From: an uncultured delta proteobacterium | Lineage (GTDB): Bacteria > Myxococcota_A > Polyangia > Fen-1088 | Length of the DNA stretch: 64,000 nucleotides | Reading direction: 5' to 3' | Assembly: GCA_963767925.1 (NCBI GenBank) | Contig: CAVYGB010000008.1 | Span: 3,232,001-3,296,000 of the forward strand | Part shown: positions 47,208 to 57,571 of the stretch, in pieces | Numbering within the stretch: the stretch's first letter is position 1 | How the letters are laid out: each line of letters starts with the position of its first letter | Made by a program: the position numbers and the translations under genes | Notes under the pieces: generated by a model | Told to the model about the DNA's origin: nothing | Databases searched by the model: none | The model's input: only the letters and a program-made list of their open reading frames with translations

Positions 47208-48815
47208 ATGCCCGTCCTAGGGATCGATCTCGGGACGACCTTCTCCGCGGTCGCCTGCGTGCGCGGCGAAGAGGTGGAGATCGTCCCCGACCGGCAGGGT
47301 CGACGGCTGCACCCGTCGGTGGTGGCCTTGCTGCCCGACGGGGGCAAGCTGTTCTCGTACGAGGCAGTTGCCCGCCGCATCGTCGACCCGTCTTACACCA
47401 TCTACTCCGCCAAGCGGCTCATGGGGCAACCCTTCGCCGGCGAGGAGGCCGGGCTGGTTTCGACCCGCGTGCCCTACTTGCTGCAGGAGGGGAACAACGA
47501 GCAGGTGGTGGTGGTCGGCCCCGACCGCTCCTACAGCATCCCCGAGATCTCGGGCCTGCTGCTGGGCTACCTGCGCGAGTGCGCCGAGCACAACCTGCAG
47601 AGCGAGGTGGAGGCGGCGGTCATCACCGTGCCGGCCAACTTCAACAACGCCCAGAGGCAGGCGACCATGGACGCCGGGCGCATCGCCGGGCTCAACGTGT
47701 TGCGGGTGATCAACGAGCCGACCGCGGCGGCGCTGGCCTACGGGCTGGGGCGGGGCATGTCGCAGCGGATCGCGGTGTACGACTTCGGGGGCGGCACCTT
47801 CGACGTCACCGTGCTGCAGGTCGAGGGGGAGGTGTTCGAGGTGATCGCCTCGGGCGGCGACAGCTTCCTCGGGGGCGACGACATCGACGAGGCGATGATG
47901 ATGCTGCTGGCCGAGCAATTCCAGGGGCAACACCGCTACGACCCCAGCGAAGATCCCACCACCCGCTCGCGGCTGCTGATGGCGGGCGAGCAGATCAAGC
48001 GCCACCTCGGCAAGCAGAGCGAGGCCCGGGGTGAGCTGAAGCTGGGGGACGACAAGAACGGGCAGCCGCGCAGCTTCTCCTTTCACGTCACGCGGGAGCA
48101 GTTCGAGGTGGCCATCGCCCCCCTCGTGTCGCGCACCATCCACGCCTGCGACGAGGTGCTCAACGCCGCCCAGCTCACCCGATCGCAGATCGACGAGGTC
48201 ATCATGGTGGGCGGGTCGACCCGCATCCCCTACGTCCGCAAGGAGGTGGAGCGGGAGTTCGGGCGCCCGGCCCGCACCGACATAAATCCCGACGAGGTGG
48301 TGGCCTGCGGCGCGGCGGTGCAGGCGGCCAGCCTCAGCGGCGACGCGGGCGGGCTGGCCCAGCGGCCGGTGCTGCTGGACGTGACGCCCCGGGCGCTGGG
48401 GATCGCGGTGGCGGGCGGGTTCGCCGAGCCGATCGTCGAGCGCAACGTCCCCCTGCCGGTGGAGCAGACCCGCATCTTCGGCACCTCCTCGGACCAGCAG
48501 ACGAAGGTCGTGATCCAGGTCTGCCAGGGCGAGTCGCGCCGGTTCGAGGAGAACGCCGCCCTGGGCGAGCTGTCGCTGCACGGGCTGCGGCCGGGCCGCC
48601 GGGGGCAGGTGAAGATCGAGGTGACGTTCAAGGTCGACACCAACGGCATCTTGCGGGTGCGGGCCCGGGATCCCGAGACCGACTCGGCCACCGAGGCGGC
48701 GGTCAACGTGCGGGGGACCATGAGCGAGGACGAGATCGAGGTGGCCGCCGGCCGCCAGGCCGAGAGCGTCTCGAGCGACGCGCCGGCCGTGCCCGCGCCG
48801 GAGGCCCCGGCCTAG
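47208..48815 (+). CDS. Hsp70/DnaK family paralog lacking the alpha-helical lid
   Basis: [47 protein letters not shown]; 535 aa. Confidence 0.9.
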   Translation: MPVLGIDLGTTFSAVACVRGEEVEIVPDRQGRRLHPSVVALLPDGGKLFSYEAVARRIVDPSYTIYSAKRLMGQPFAGEEAGLVSTRVPYLLQEGNNEQVVVVGPDRSYSIPEISGLLLGYLRECAEHNLQSEVEAAVITVPANFNNAQRQATMDAGRIAGLNVLRVINEPTAAALAYGLGRGMSQRIAVYDFGGGTFDVTVLQVEGEVFEVIASGGDSFLGGDDIDEAMMMLLAEQFQGQHRYDPSEDPTTRSRLLMAGEQIKRHLGKQSEARGELKLGDDKNGQPRSFSFHVTREQFEVAIAPLVSRTIHACDEVLNAAQLTRSQIDEVIMVGGSTRIPYVRKEVEREFGRPARTDINPDEVVACGAAVQAASLSGDAGGLAQRPVLLDVTPRALGIAVAGGFAEPIVERNVPLPVEQTRIFGTSSDQQTKVVIQVCQGESRRFEENAALGELSLHGLRPGRRGQVKIEVTFKVDTNGILRVRARDPETDSATEAAVNVRGTMSEDEIEVAAGRQAESVSSDAPAVPAPEAPA

Positions 48816-48829
48816 CGGCCGGATTCGCC

Positions 48830-49387
48830 ATGGCCGCCAGCCCGTCGCCGGCGTCGTATGTCGAGGCGCTGCGCACCTTCGCCGAGCGCATCTTCCCCAC
48901 CCTCGAGCAGCACAGCTACTACCAGCTCCTCAACGTGCCGCCCGAGTCGGACCTCGCGGCGATCCGGGGGGCGTTTTACCGCCTCGCGCAGCAGCTCCAC
49001 CCCGATCGCTTCCACGCCCTCGGGGAGACCGGGATCCGGCAGCAGCTCGAGACCATCTATGCGCGCATCTGCGAGGCCTACCGGGTGCTCGCCAACCCCG
49101 AGCGCCGGGCGGCCTACAACAAGTCGCTGGCCGCGGGGAAGAAGCGGCTCGACCTGGTGAGTCGAGAATCCGGCGGCCCGAAGAACCCGGAAGACGGCAT
49201 CAAACACCCCGAAGCCAAAAAGTTCTTTCGACTCGGGATGGTCTGCCTGGGTAAGAAGGACTGGCGGGGCGCCGTCATGAACTTCAACTTTTCGCACGGC
49301 TTCGAACCCTCCTCGCAGCTCGTGGCGGACAAGCTGGCCGAGGCCCAGTCCGCCGCCGCTGCCGGCAAGGGCGGAGGAGCCAGATGA
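48830..49387 (+). CDS. J-domain protein with C-terminal TPR-like helices
   Basis: YYQLLNV, LHPDR, AYRVL...RRAAYN. Confidence 0.85.
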   Translation: MAASPSPASYVEALRTFAERIFPTLEQHSYYQLLNVPPESDLAAIRGAFYRLAQQLHPDRFHALGETGIRQQLETIYARICEAYRVLANPERRAAYNKSLAAGKKRLDLVSRESGGPKNPEDGIKHPEAKKFFRLGMVCLGKKDWRGAVMNFNFSHGFEPSSQLVADKLAEAQSAAAAGKGGGAR

Positions 49388-49393
49388 GCCGGC

Positions 49394-51250
49394 ATGAGCG
49401 GTGTCGGCGAGGGTGATGCACCCGGCATAGCCGGCGACGGCGGTCCCACCGAGACCATCCGGGCGGCGGTGGTGCCGCGGCTGGGCGGCAAGCTGGGCCG
49501 CCACGAGCTGCTGGAGGTGGTGGGCCACGGGGCCATGGCCACCGTGTTCCGGGCGCGCGACACCCAGCTCGGGCGCGAGGTCGCGGTCAAGGTGATGAGC
49601 CTGGCGGTGGCGGCGCGGGCCGAGTCGGCCGAGCGGTTCCGGCGCGAGGCCCAGGCGGTGGCGGCGGTGAAGCACCCCGGGATCGTCGAGATCTTCGACT
49701 TCGTGGGGGCCACCGAGACCGAGCCGGCCTACATCGTGAGCGAGCTGATCTCGGGGCCGACCCTGCGGAAGTTCCTCGACAGCCGCCGGGGGCGGCTGCT
49801 GCCCGAGTCGGCGGCGCTGATCGCGATCCCGATCGCGGAGGCGATCCGGGTGGCGCACGGGCGGGGCATCGTCCACCGCGACATCAAGCCGGACAACGTC
49901 ATGCTCGACCGGGGCGGGGGCAAGTGCCGGGTGGTGGTGACCGACTTCGGCGTCGCCCATATCACCGGGATGGAGACCATGACCGCCACCGGCGCGCTGG
50001 TGGGGTCGCCCGCCTTCATGTCGCCCGAGCAGGCCCGCGGGCACGGGGTGGGCCCGGCCTCCGATATGTGGGCCCTCGGCGTCTTGCTCTACGAGATGGC
50101 CACCGGGCACCTGCCCTTCCCCGGCAAGGACGCGCTGCTGGTCGTGGCGGCCATCGCGCGCGGGCTGTACAAGCGCCCCTCGCTGATCAGCGGCTACGCG
50201 GGCAGCGGGCTCGATGAGATCTGCGGGCGGTGCCTGCGGGTGCTGCCAGGCGATCGCTATCCCGACCTGGGGGTGATGGCCAGCGACCTGCGGGCGTTCT
50301 GCCGCGCGGGAGGGCTGGAGCCGGACGACCGGAGCCTGTTCGATCTGCTGACCGATCCCGAGCGGTTCGAGGCCGGGCTGCGGCCCCGGGTGGCCGACGC
50401 GGCGGTGGCCCAGGCCCGGCGGCACAGCCGGCGGGGGGAGCTGGGGCGGGCGCTGGGGGAGCTGGCGCGCGCCACCGCCTACGTGCCCCGGCACGCCGAG
50501 GCGGAGAAGCTGGTGGCGTCGATCTCCTGGCGCCGGCGCTGGCTGAAGGTAGCCGGCGCGGCGGCGGCGGCGGTGGCGGTGGCGGGGGCGGCGGTGTACC
50601 TCGGTCCGCGGACCCGGGACTGGCTGGCGCGGCTGCAGGACCGGCCGGCGGCGCCCGCGGTGGCGCCGGCGCCGATCGCCGCGCGGACGATGCCGCCGGC
50701 GTCGCCCGCGGTTGGGACGGCGGTGACCCCCGTGACTCCGCCGGTCCGGACGGTCGAGGTGGAGGGGGCGCGCTCGCGCGAGTCGAGCCGGCGGGCGCGC
50801 GCGCGCAACCTGGCCCGGACGCAGCCGACCCCGGAGGCGGAGGCGGAGGTGGAGGCGGCGCCGGCCGCGGAGGACCGGCCGGCGGAGGTGGAGGAAGTCG
50901 TCGCGCCGGCGGCGCCGCGAAAGGTGGCGGTGGAGATCTTTGCCCCCTACGCGTTCTGCAACCCCAGCCTCGACGACGCTCGCCCGCAGATGTCACCGGC
51001 CCGCTACCGGGGCGCGGCCGCGGTGGCCGAGGGACCTCACCAGGTGTACTGCACGATGCCGGGGGGGATGAGGGTGCTTGTCGGAACGGTGGAGGTGACG
51101 GCGCCTCCGCAGGGCGGCGTCTACGAAGTACGCCTGCGCAAGAGCGACCAGGGCAAGCCGATCATCGTGTCCCCGGGGACGACGAAACTGCGACAGGGGG
51201 ATCCGGCTGCCCCGAGAATTCCGGCCCCGCCGTCGCCGCGGGCCCGGTAA
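49394..51250 (+). CDS. Membrane-anchored Ser/Thr protein kinase
   Basis: GHGAMATV, VAVK, HRDIKPDN, DFG, MSPEQ, TM segment, Pro/Ala-rich extracytoplasmic part. Confidence 0.9.
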   Translation: MSGVGEGDAPGIAGDGGPTETIRAAVVPRLGGKLGRHELLEVVGHGAMATVFRARDTQLGREVAVKVMSLAVAARAESAERFRREAQAVAAVKHPGIVEIFDFVGATETEPAYIVSELISGPTLRKFLDSRRGRLLPESAALIAIPIAEAIRVAHGRGIVHRDIKPDNVMLDRGGGKCRVVVTDFGVAHITGMETMTATGALVGSPAFMSPEQARGHGVGPASDMWALGVLLYEMATGHLPFPGKDALLVVAAIARGLYKRPSLISGYAGSGLDEICGRCLRVLPGDRYPDLGVMASDLRAFCRAGGLEPDDRSLFDLLTDPERFEAGLRPRVADAAVAQARRHSRRGELGRALGELARATAYVPRHAEAEKLVASISWRRRWLKVAGAAAAAVAVAGAAVYLGPRTRDWLARLQDRPAAPAVAPAPIAARTMPPASPAVGTAVTPVTPPVRTVEVEGARSRESSRRARARNLARTQPTPEAEAEVEAAPAAEDRPAEVEEVVAPAAPRKVAVEIFAPYAFCNPSLDDARPQMSPARYRGAAAVAEGPHQVYCTMPGGMRVLVGTVEVTAPPQGGVYEVRLRKSDQGKPIIVSPGTTKLRQGDPAAPRIPAPPSPRAR

Positions 51251-51320
51251 TCGGCCGGTCGAAACGGCGATTTCGTGGCCTGGGCATTGCACAACAACGT
51301 GTTGTGCTACGGTCCAGGTC

Positions 51321-52439
51321 GTGTCGCGGTTCCGCTGCCAGATTTTCGCAGCGTTCCTTTCGTTGTGCAGCTCGGCAGGATGCCTGCTGTACACGGACAC
51401 GTTCAACGTGCCGCCCAGGGTCGATTTGATCGCGCCGGATCAAATGCTCAAGGGAAAGGCAGCCACCTTCAGCGTGCGCGCGCAGGACGACAGCCAGCGC
51501 GCCGAGGACCTCGGCGTGCTCTGGTACGTGCGCGAGGGGGGCCTCTGCCCGGAGAAGGTGGCGCAGGCCCAGGCCTTGTCGCGCGAGGCGGGCGTGATGC
51601 AGGTGGGGGCGCAGCCGACCCTCGAGCTCATCCGGCAGCAGTTCGGACGGTTCTGCATCTGGGTGCTGGTGACCGATCGGGCGGGCGCCGTGGCCCTGGC
51701 CTGGAAGCCGTTCGAGGTGACGAATCAGCCCCCGAACGCGGCCCTCGAGCTGCTCGCCCCGACGCCGCTGCGCCGGGTGGGCAGCACCGCCTACCTGCCC
51801 CTGTACAGCGACGTGCGCATCTCGGCCGACGCCTCGGTCGACCCGGAGGCGGAGGCGCTCGAGTTCCGCTGGAACATCACCGGCCGCAGCGGCGAGCGCA
51901 TCGCCCCCGCGCCCTGCAGCGCCGGCACCCCCAACCAGCTCTGCCACCGGTTCGACGCCGCCGGGGACTACCGCTTCGAGCTGCGCACCTGGGACGGCGA
52001 GAAGATGAGCGCGGCGGCCGAGCTGCCCCTGCTGGTCATGGCCGACGCGCCCCCGTGCATCGAGCAGACCGAGCCGCCTTACCAGCTCACCCGGGTCGTC
52101 GTGCTGGCCACCGAGCAGACGAACCTCAGCGTGGTCGAGATCAGCGACGACGGCGACGCCTTCCCCGCCTTGCCCGGCCAGACGCCCCGGACCTCCTTCA
52201 TCTGGCGCTACCGCTACGTGGGGACGCCGGACTTCACCCGGCGGGCGGTGACCGATGTGCCCTCCCTGAGCTTCGCGCCGGACGCCTACCGTCCGGGCGA
52301 CGAGCTCGAGGTGCGGCTCGACGTGCTCGACCGGGTGACCGATCGGGACTTCGGGGTGTGTGAGGGGCAGCCAGAGTGCAAGATCGATCCGGATCGCGAG
52401 TGTCGGCAGCGGGTGACCTGGAGGGTGAGGTACCTATGA
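51321..52439 (+). CDS. Predicted lipoprotein with Ig/PKD-like domains
   Basis: Lipobox SAGC; NVPP/NQPP and SVDPE...FRW segments; multiple Cys. Confidence 0.6.
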   Translation: MSRFRCQIFAAFLSLCSSAGCLLYTDTFNVPPRVDLIAPDQMLKGKAATFSVRAQDDSQRAEDLGVLWYVREGGLCPEKVAQAQALSREAGVMQVGAQPTLELIRQQFGRFCIWVLVTDRAGAVALAWKPFEVTNQPPNAALELLAPTPLRRVGSTAYLPLYSDVRISADASVDPEAEALEFRWNITGRSGERIAPAPCSAGTPNQLCHRFDAAGDYRFELRTWDGEKMSAAAELPLLVMADAPPCIEQTEPPYQLTRVVVLATEQTNLSVVEISDDGDAFPALPGQTPRTSFIWRYRYVGTPDFTRRAVTDVPSLSFAPDAYRPGDELEVRLDVLDRVTDRDFGVCEGQPECKIDPDRECRQRVTWRVRYL

Positions 52440-54445
52440 GGGCACGGTGGATGGCGGTGGTGGTGGCGGTGGCCGTGGCGGCCGCGGGCTGCGCGGGAGA
52501 GCTGGACGGCAACCGAGGCAACAACCAGGCGCCGCCGGGCTCGGGGGCACCGTCGCCCGCCCCGCCCCCGGTCGTTTATCCCCCGGGGGCGCCGCCGCCG
52601 GCTGCGCCGCCCGTGATGGCGCCGCCAACGGCTCCGCCGGCCCCGGCGCCAACGCCTCCCCCCCCCGCCTCGCAGCCGCCCGCGCCTGCGCCGCCCGTTG
52701 TCGATCCCGCGCGTGGCTGCGTGGTGACCATCGTCCCCCAGAACCCGCCGCACGACCTGCGCGAGCTGCTGGCCGGGCCGGAGTCGCGCCTGCGGGTGCG
52801 GGCCCAGGTCTCGGGTGCGCTGGCCCCGGCCACGCCGTCCTGGACCTGGGAGGTCTCGTTCGGCCAGGTCTCCCCGGTCAGCCCGACCGAGGTCGGGAGC
52901 GCCGACGTGATCGAGTTCCCCCTGCGCTCGCCCGGCGCCTACTACATCCGGGCACAGGCGGCGCCGGGGTGCACCGGCGAGATAACCGCCACCGCGGCCA
53001 GCGCGAGCGACCGCATCCTGAACTTCTGGGTGCGGATCACCCCGCCGCGCGCCTCGGGCCTGCCGCCCCAGGACAACATGATCGTCGTCGGCGGGCGAAA
53101 CACCCCGGCCAAGATCATCGCCCTGCTCCGCGGCCAGCTCGTGCGCATCGATCCGCACGACCGCAACAACAACGCCATCGACTCGTACATCCGGGTGAGC
53201 TCGTCGCAGTCGACCGTGCGCTTCGAGGGCCACAACAAGGACAGCAACGCCGGCTTCTTCCCGTCGCTGCTGCCGCTGCTCAGCTACGACGTGCTCGTGG
53301 TGCCCGACGGCGGCATCGCCCCCGCCCTCATCCGCAACCTGCGGCCGACCGAGCTGGTGGGCTCCCTGTTCACCCTCGACGCCGGCATCCCCGTCTCGGG
53401 CGACATCCGGGCCGGCGCCGGGGCCGGCACCCCGGTGGCTGGCGCGCGCGTCCTGCTGCGCGCCGGCGGCCTGCCGTCGACAATCGGCGCCAGCGACGCC
53501 GCCGGCGCCTACGAGCTGCGCGCCCGCACCGGCACCTGGAGCGGCGTGGTCCTGCCGCCCGCAGGGTCGGCCCTGCCCGAGGCGAACGTCGAGGGGGGCA
53601 TCGCGGTGGGCGCCGCCGCCACCAACCTGCGCTTCCAGTGGCGCGCGCTGCCGAGCGCCCGCCTGGACGTGGCCATCACCGAGCCGACCGGAGTGGCCAG
53701 CACCCGCGCCGTGCGCGTGCGCATCGAGGCCGAGCCGGGCGCCTTGCCCGACGTGGGCAGCTTCCAGGTGGGCGGCGGCCCGCCCCTGCCGGCCAGCGGC
53801 TTCCTGCGCCTGGAGACGTTGACCGGCGCGGGCGGCATCGCCAGCTTCGCCAGCGTCCCCGCCGGGCGCTACCGGGCCTTCGCCATGCCCCCCGACTACG
53901 CCCCCGACGTGACCATGAGCACCGCCCGCATCGAGGCCGGCGCGGCCCAGGCCCAGCGCATCGCCCTGGCCCGCCCCGTCGCCCTGACCGGCCGCGTGTC
54001 GCCCGCCGCCCTGGCCCGGGGCCTGCGCGTCGTCGCCCTCGACGCCGACCTCAACTCCCCGGTCGAGTCGGTCAGCAGCACCGTCGACGAAGCCGGACAG
54101 TTCGGCATGCTGGTCGCCCCCGGCCGCAGCTACCGCGTGCAGATCGAGCCCGCCCAGGAGCGCAAGCTCCCGCGCCTGTTCCTCGGCGCCATCACCGTCG
54201 GCGGCGACACGACCCTCGGGACCATCAACATCGCCGAGGGCGTCACCTTCCTCGGCACCGTCACCGTTGAGCAGACCGTCGTCCCCGGCTCGGTCATCCA
54301 GGTCTACTGCACCGGCCTCCCCCCCGACTGCGTCGACCCCGCCGCCCCCCAGGCCGACGCCGCCCGCCCGGTCGGCGAGACCGTCACCGACGCCAGCGGC
54401 CGCTTCCAGATCCACCTCCCCGATCCCGCGAGCTGGCACCTCTGA
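52436..54445 (+). CDS. Predicted lipoprotein with Pro-rich linker and carboxypeptidase-regulatory-like beta repeats
   Basis: Lipobox AAGC; ATGA overlap; SDAAGAY, TGAGG, VDEAGQF, TDASGRF repeats. Confidence 0.6.
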   Translation: MRARWMAVVVAVAVAAAGCAGELDGNRGNNQAPPGSGAPSPAPPPVVYPPGAPPPAAPPVMAPPTAPPAPAPTPPPPASQPPAPAPPVVDPARGCVVTIVPQNPPHDLRELLAGPESRLRVRAQVSGALAPATPSWTWEVSFGQVSPVSPTEVGSADVIEFPLRSPGAYYIRAQAAPGCTGEITATAASASDRILNFWVRITPPRASGLPPQDNMIVVGGRNTPAKIIALLRGQLVRIDPHDRNNNAIDSYIRVSSSQSTVRFEGHNKDSNAGFFPSLLPLLSYDVLVVPDGGIAPALIRNLRPTELVGSLFTLDAGIPVSGDIRAGAGAGTPVAGARVLLRAGGLPSTIGASDAAGAYELRARTGTWSGVVLPPAGSALPEANVEGGIAVGAAATNLRFQWRALPSARLDVAITEPTGVASTRAVRVRIEAEPGALPDVGSFQVGGGPPLPASGFLRLETLTGAGGIASFASVPAGRYRAFAMPPDYAPDVTMSTARIEAGAAQAQRIALARPVALTGRVSPAALARGLRVVALDADLNSPVESVSSTVDEAGQFGMLVAPGRSYRVQIEPAQERKLPRLFLGAITVGGDTTLGTINIAEGVTFLGTVTVEQTVVPGSVIQVYCTGLPPDCVDPAAPQADAARPVGETVTDASGRFQIHLPDPASWHL

Positions 54446-54534
54446 GAGGGGTGCGCGGAGGCGCGGCGCAACGGAGCGATCTCACCGCGCTGTCGTGAAC
54501 CGCCCGGCCCGGGGAGCGGGGACCTGTGGTAACA

Positions 54535-55366
54535 ATGACGCATTCTGCTCTCGTCGTCGTTCGTCGTCCTGGTCGCCGGCCTGCTGGCGACCACCCAGCC
54601 CGGAGCCGCCGCGCCCCCCGCAGCCGAGGCCGCCGCCCGCGCGCAACCAGCCGCCCCCGCCCCCGAAACGCCGCCCACCCCCGAGCCTCCCGCCAGCCAG
54701 CCCCCACCCCCGGCCACCGCCGCCGAAGCCCTGGACCGCGCCGGCGCCGCCTACGAGTTCGGCGACATCGAGATGATGATCGCCCTCTCCCGCCTCGTCG
54801 CCGAGGGCGCCATGCCCGGCACCGACGACCAGCGCGCCGAAGCCCTGCGCCTGCTGGGAATCGGCCTCTATCTCGACGGCCGCCCCGGCGGCGCCGAACG
54901 CGCCTTCGCCGACCTGATCGCCCTGCGCCCCAGCACGACCCTGGACCCCACCATCACCCGCCCCGAAGTCGTCGCCTTCTTCCGCGACGTCAAGCGCCGC
55001 CACGAGCCCAAGCGCCACCTCGCCCTCGCCTTCCTCCCCCCCCTGGGCCAGTTCCAGAACGACACCCCCATCCGCGGCTGGATCCTCGGCGGCCTCGAGC
55101 TCACGAGCTTCGCCGCCGCCCTCACCACCCGCCTCCTCCTCGCCGACTGGGTCGACGGAAACCGCCAGTGCAAAGGCACCGACGACCCATCCCCCTGCAA
55201 CCGCCTCAAGCTGGTCAACCTCATCAGCGTCGTCACCCTCGGCGCCACCTGGACCACCGGCGTCATCGACGCCATTGTGGGCCTCCGCCGCCCCCAGGAA
55301 CCCACCACCCCCCAGCCCACCCTCACCCTCCTCCCGAACGGCGCCGCACTCACCGTTCCGTTCTGA
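54535..55366 (+). CDS. Exported TPR-like protein with C-terminal membrane segment (frameshift just after start)
   Basis: Signal peptide, AGAAYEFGD, AERAFADL, FLPPLGQFQN. Confidence 0.55.
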
Positions 55367-55397
55367 CCCACTCCCGACTAAAGTACCCCCCACCCAC

Positions 55398-55472
55398 AGG
55401 CGGGTAGCTCAGCGGCAGAGCAGGCGCTTTACACGCGCTAGGTCGCAGGTTCAATCCCTGTCCCGCCTACCA
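55398..55472 (+). tRNA. tRNA-Val (anticodon TAC)
   Basis: Acceptor stem AGGCGGG/CCCGCCT, D-arm GCTC/GAGC, anticodon loop TTTACAC, GGTTCAATCC T-arm, encoded CCA. Confidence 0.95.
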
Positions 55473-55490
55473 GTTAAGTTAGCGATTCGA

Positions 55491-56675
55491 CTACGTATTG
55501 GTTCGCGCCCGCGGCTCCGTTGCCACGGCGTTGCCACGGGTGAGGGCCGAGCGCGCGCCCAACATCGCGATCACGCGTTCGTCCGGGTCGGTGATGGGGG
55601 CGCCGGCGGCCAGGACCTCCGCCGGGATGGGGCGGTGGTGGTCCTCCACGTGGTGGACGTACCGCATGGTCATGGCGATGGTGGAGTGCCCGAGCCACGC
55701 CTGCAGCCGCCACGGGTTCACCCCGAAGCGAGCTGCGTGGGTGGCGAAGGTGTGGCGTGCCGAGTGCCAGCTGCGCTCGCGCAGTCCGGCCTTCTTGCAC
55801 ATGCGATAGACCCCGTGCTTGAGCGCCGCCTCCGCTACCGGCTCTCCCTTCTCCCCGCAGACGATCCGGCCCACCCGGACCTGTGGCAGCGACTTGAGCG
55901 CCGATGTCAGCGATGCCGTCATCGGTACGCTCCGCCGCCGCCCGCCCTTCGGCGTTCCCTCGATGCCCTTCCGGAGTTGCCGGGTGACGGTCAGTCGCCC
56001 GGCAACCAGGTCCACGTCCTCCCACCGCAGAGCCAGAACCTCACCGAGCCGCAGCCCTGCGTCGCCCGCCAGAAGCGCGGACACCAGCAACCACGGCGCC
56101 ACCCGCCGCGCCCCCTCGAGCAGCCGGCTCCACTCCTCGAAGTCCCACGTCTCGATCTCCGGCTTCTCGCAGCGGTAGGGCCGGATCTTCGGCACGCGGT
56201 CGATGAGATCCACCTCCTCCGCGTACCTCAGGACCTTCGAGAGCACGGCCAGGACATTGTTGCGAGTCTTGAGCGAGAGCGGCTTCCGATATCGGTTGCT
56301 GCCTTCGCTCAACTTCGCCTTCAAGCCCTGGATCACCGCCACGTCGATCTGGTCGAGCCGCATATGCCCGAGGAACCCGAGCAGATGGTGCTCGAAAATC
56401 GACCGCTTCTCTACCACCGTCCCCGGCTTGTTCTGCTGCCCCTCACACCACTCCGTCATGTATCGCCCCAGGAACCACTCCTCGAACGTGGGTACTTCCT
56501 TTCCTGCCTTGGGGTTGGTGATCGGCTCGAGAATGCGTCGGATGTGGTCCTCCTCCGCCCTCTCTGCCGCCCACCTGGTGTTGCTCGCGGGCGTGCCGGA
56601 GATCCGGCGCGTGGTGCCGTCCGGAAAGCCAACGACTTTCCGGTAGCGCCACCGTCCGCGACTGTCGCGTCGCAC
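55491..56675 (-). CDS. Tyrosine recombinase/phage integrase (upstream region replaced by a transposon end)
   Basis: GLRLGE, TPKGG, HSARH, LGHS, RYVH catalytic residues; N-terminal RRDSRGRWRYR arm-binding-like segment. Confidence 0.9.
   Translation of the reverse strand: MRRDSRGRWRYRKVVGFPDGTTRRISGTPASNTRWAAERAEEDHIRRILEPITNPKAGKEVPTFEEWFLGRYMTEWCEGQQNKPGTVVEKRSIFEHHLLGFLGHMRLDQIDVAVIQGLKAKLSEGSNRYRKPLSLKTRNNVLAVLSKVLRYAEEVDLIDRVPKIRPYRCEKPEIETWDFEEWSRLLEGARRVAPWLLVSALLAGDAGLRLGEVLALRWEDVDLVAGRLTVTRQLRKGIEGTPKGGRRRSVPMTASLTSALKSLPQVRVGRIVCGEKGEPVAEAALKHGVYRMCKKAGLRERSWHSARHTFATHAARFGVNPWRLQAWLGHSTIAMTMRYVHHVEDHHRPIPAEVLAAGAPITDPDERVIAMLGARSALTRGNAVATEPRARTNT
55518..55539 (+). repeat. Tandem CGTTGCCACGG pair, putative integrase arm-type sites (related pair at 63016-63036)
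   Basis: 11-bp tandem duplication near attL; same motif near attR. Confidence 0.55.
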
Positions 56676-56909
56676 GGGTGTTAGCTCGCAGGTAGTTTCG
56701 TAGATCACCGCGAGGATCTTCCGGCACTGCGCCCCCGGTGAGCCGGGTGAGATGGGGGGCGAGACCGGGACGGTGTGGCGGGGAGGTATTGCGGGAAGGG
56801 CGGCACCAAGGCAAAGCTCCTGGCCGGCAGGCATGGGGCCCGCCCTCGTGATCCCCAACATAAGTTGGGCCCGCCACGGCTGGTACCCGTGCGGACCCTT
56901 GGCCGGTCT

Positions 56910-57530
56910 GTGCAGCTGCGACAGGCGTCGGCACAGACCAGCGAGGAATACGTTAGGCAGGAAGGCTGGCGACAGGCAAGGCTCGAGCGGTGCCCGGTTC
57001 ACGGCGCGGCAGCGGGGTGCGGGTTCCGCCGGCTGGGGACGTACCAGCGGGTCAGGCCGGCCGGGATGCGGGTGGCGCGGTACTACTGCCCCACGGCCCA
57101 CACGAGCTTCAGCCTGTTGCCGGACTGCCTGGCGGCGAGGCTTCCGAGCGATCTCGACGAGGTGGAGCGGGTGGTCGCGGCGGTGGAGGCGGCGCCGTCC
57201 GTGCAAGCCGCGGCGGATGAGCTGCGCCCCGACATCGAGCTGCCCGGGGCGATACGGTGGGTCCGTCGGCGGCTGGGCCCGGTGCGGGCCGCGCTGCTGG
57301 CGCTGGTGACGATGGTGCCAGAGCTGGCAGGCTCGTGCGCCCCGACCATCACCGAGGTGGGGCAGCGGCTGGACAGGCCGGTGCTCCGGCAGGTGCGGGC
57401 TCAGTTCGAGAAGCAACTCGGGAAGGTGGCCGCGCCCGTCGGATTCGGGCGTCCGCCCTCACCCCGCCGACGAGGCCGGACACCCTGCGAACACGACCCG
57501 GGGCCAGACCCGCCGACGCGATCCCGGTAG
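56910..57530 (+). CDS. Transposon ORF1, Cys/His zinc-finger-like protein with possible HTH
   Basis: RCPVH...CGF...GTYQR...RYYCP...FSLLPDCL; GTG start inferred. Confidence 0.65.
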   Translation: MQLRQASAQTSEEYVRQEGWRQARLERCPVHGAAAGCGFRRLGTYQRVRPAGMRVARYYCPTAHTSFSLLPDCLAARLPSDLDEVERVVAAVEAAPSVQAAADELRPDIELPGAIRWVRRRLGPVRAALLALVTMVPELAGSCAPTITEVGQRLDRPVLRQVRAQFEKQLGKVAAPVGFGRPPSPRRRGRTPCEHDPGPDPPTRSR

Positions 57531-57571
57531 CGGTGGTGCGTGGCGCCCACGAGGGCGCCAAGGAGGCACCG

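Noticed and set aside
55491..57416. 641-aa integrase with long N-terminal extension
   Set aside because: Sequence beyond 56678 is the transposon end and antisense of ORF1, not integrase.
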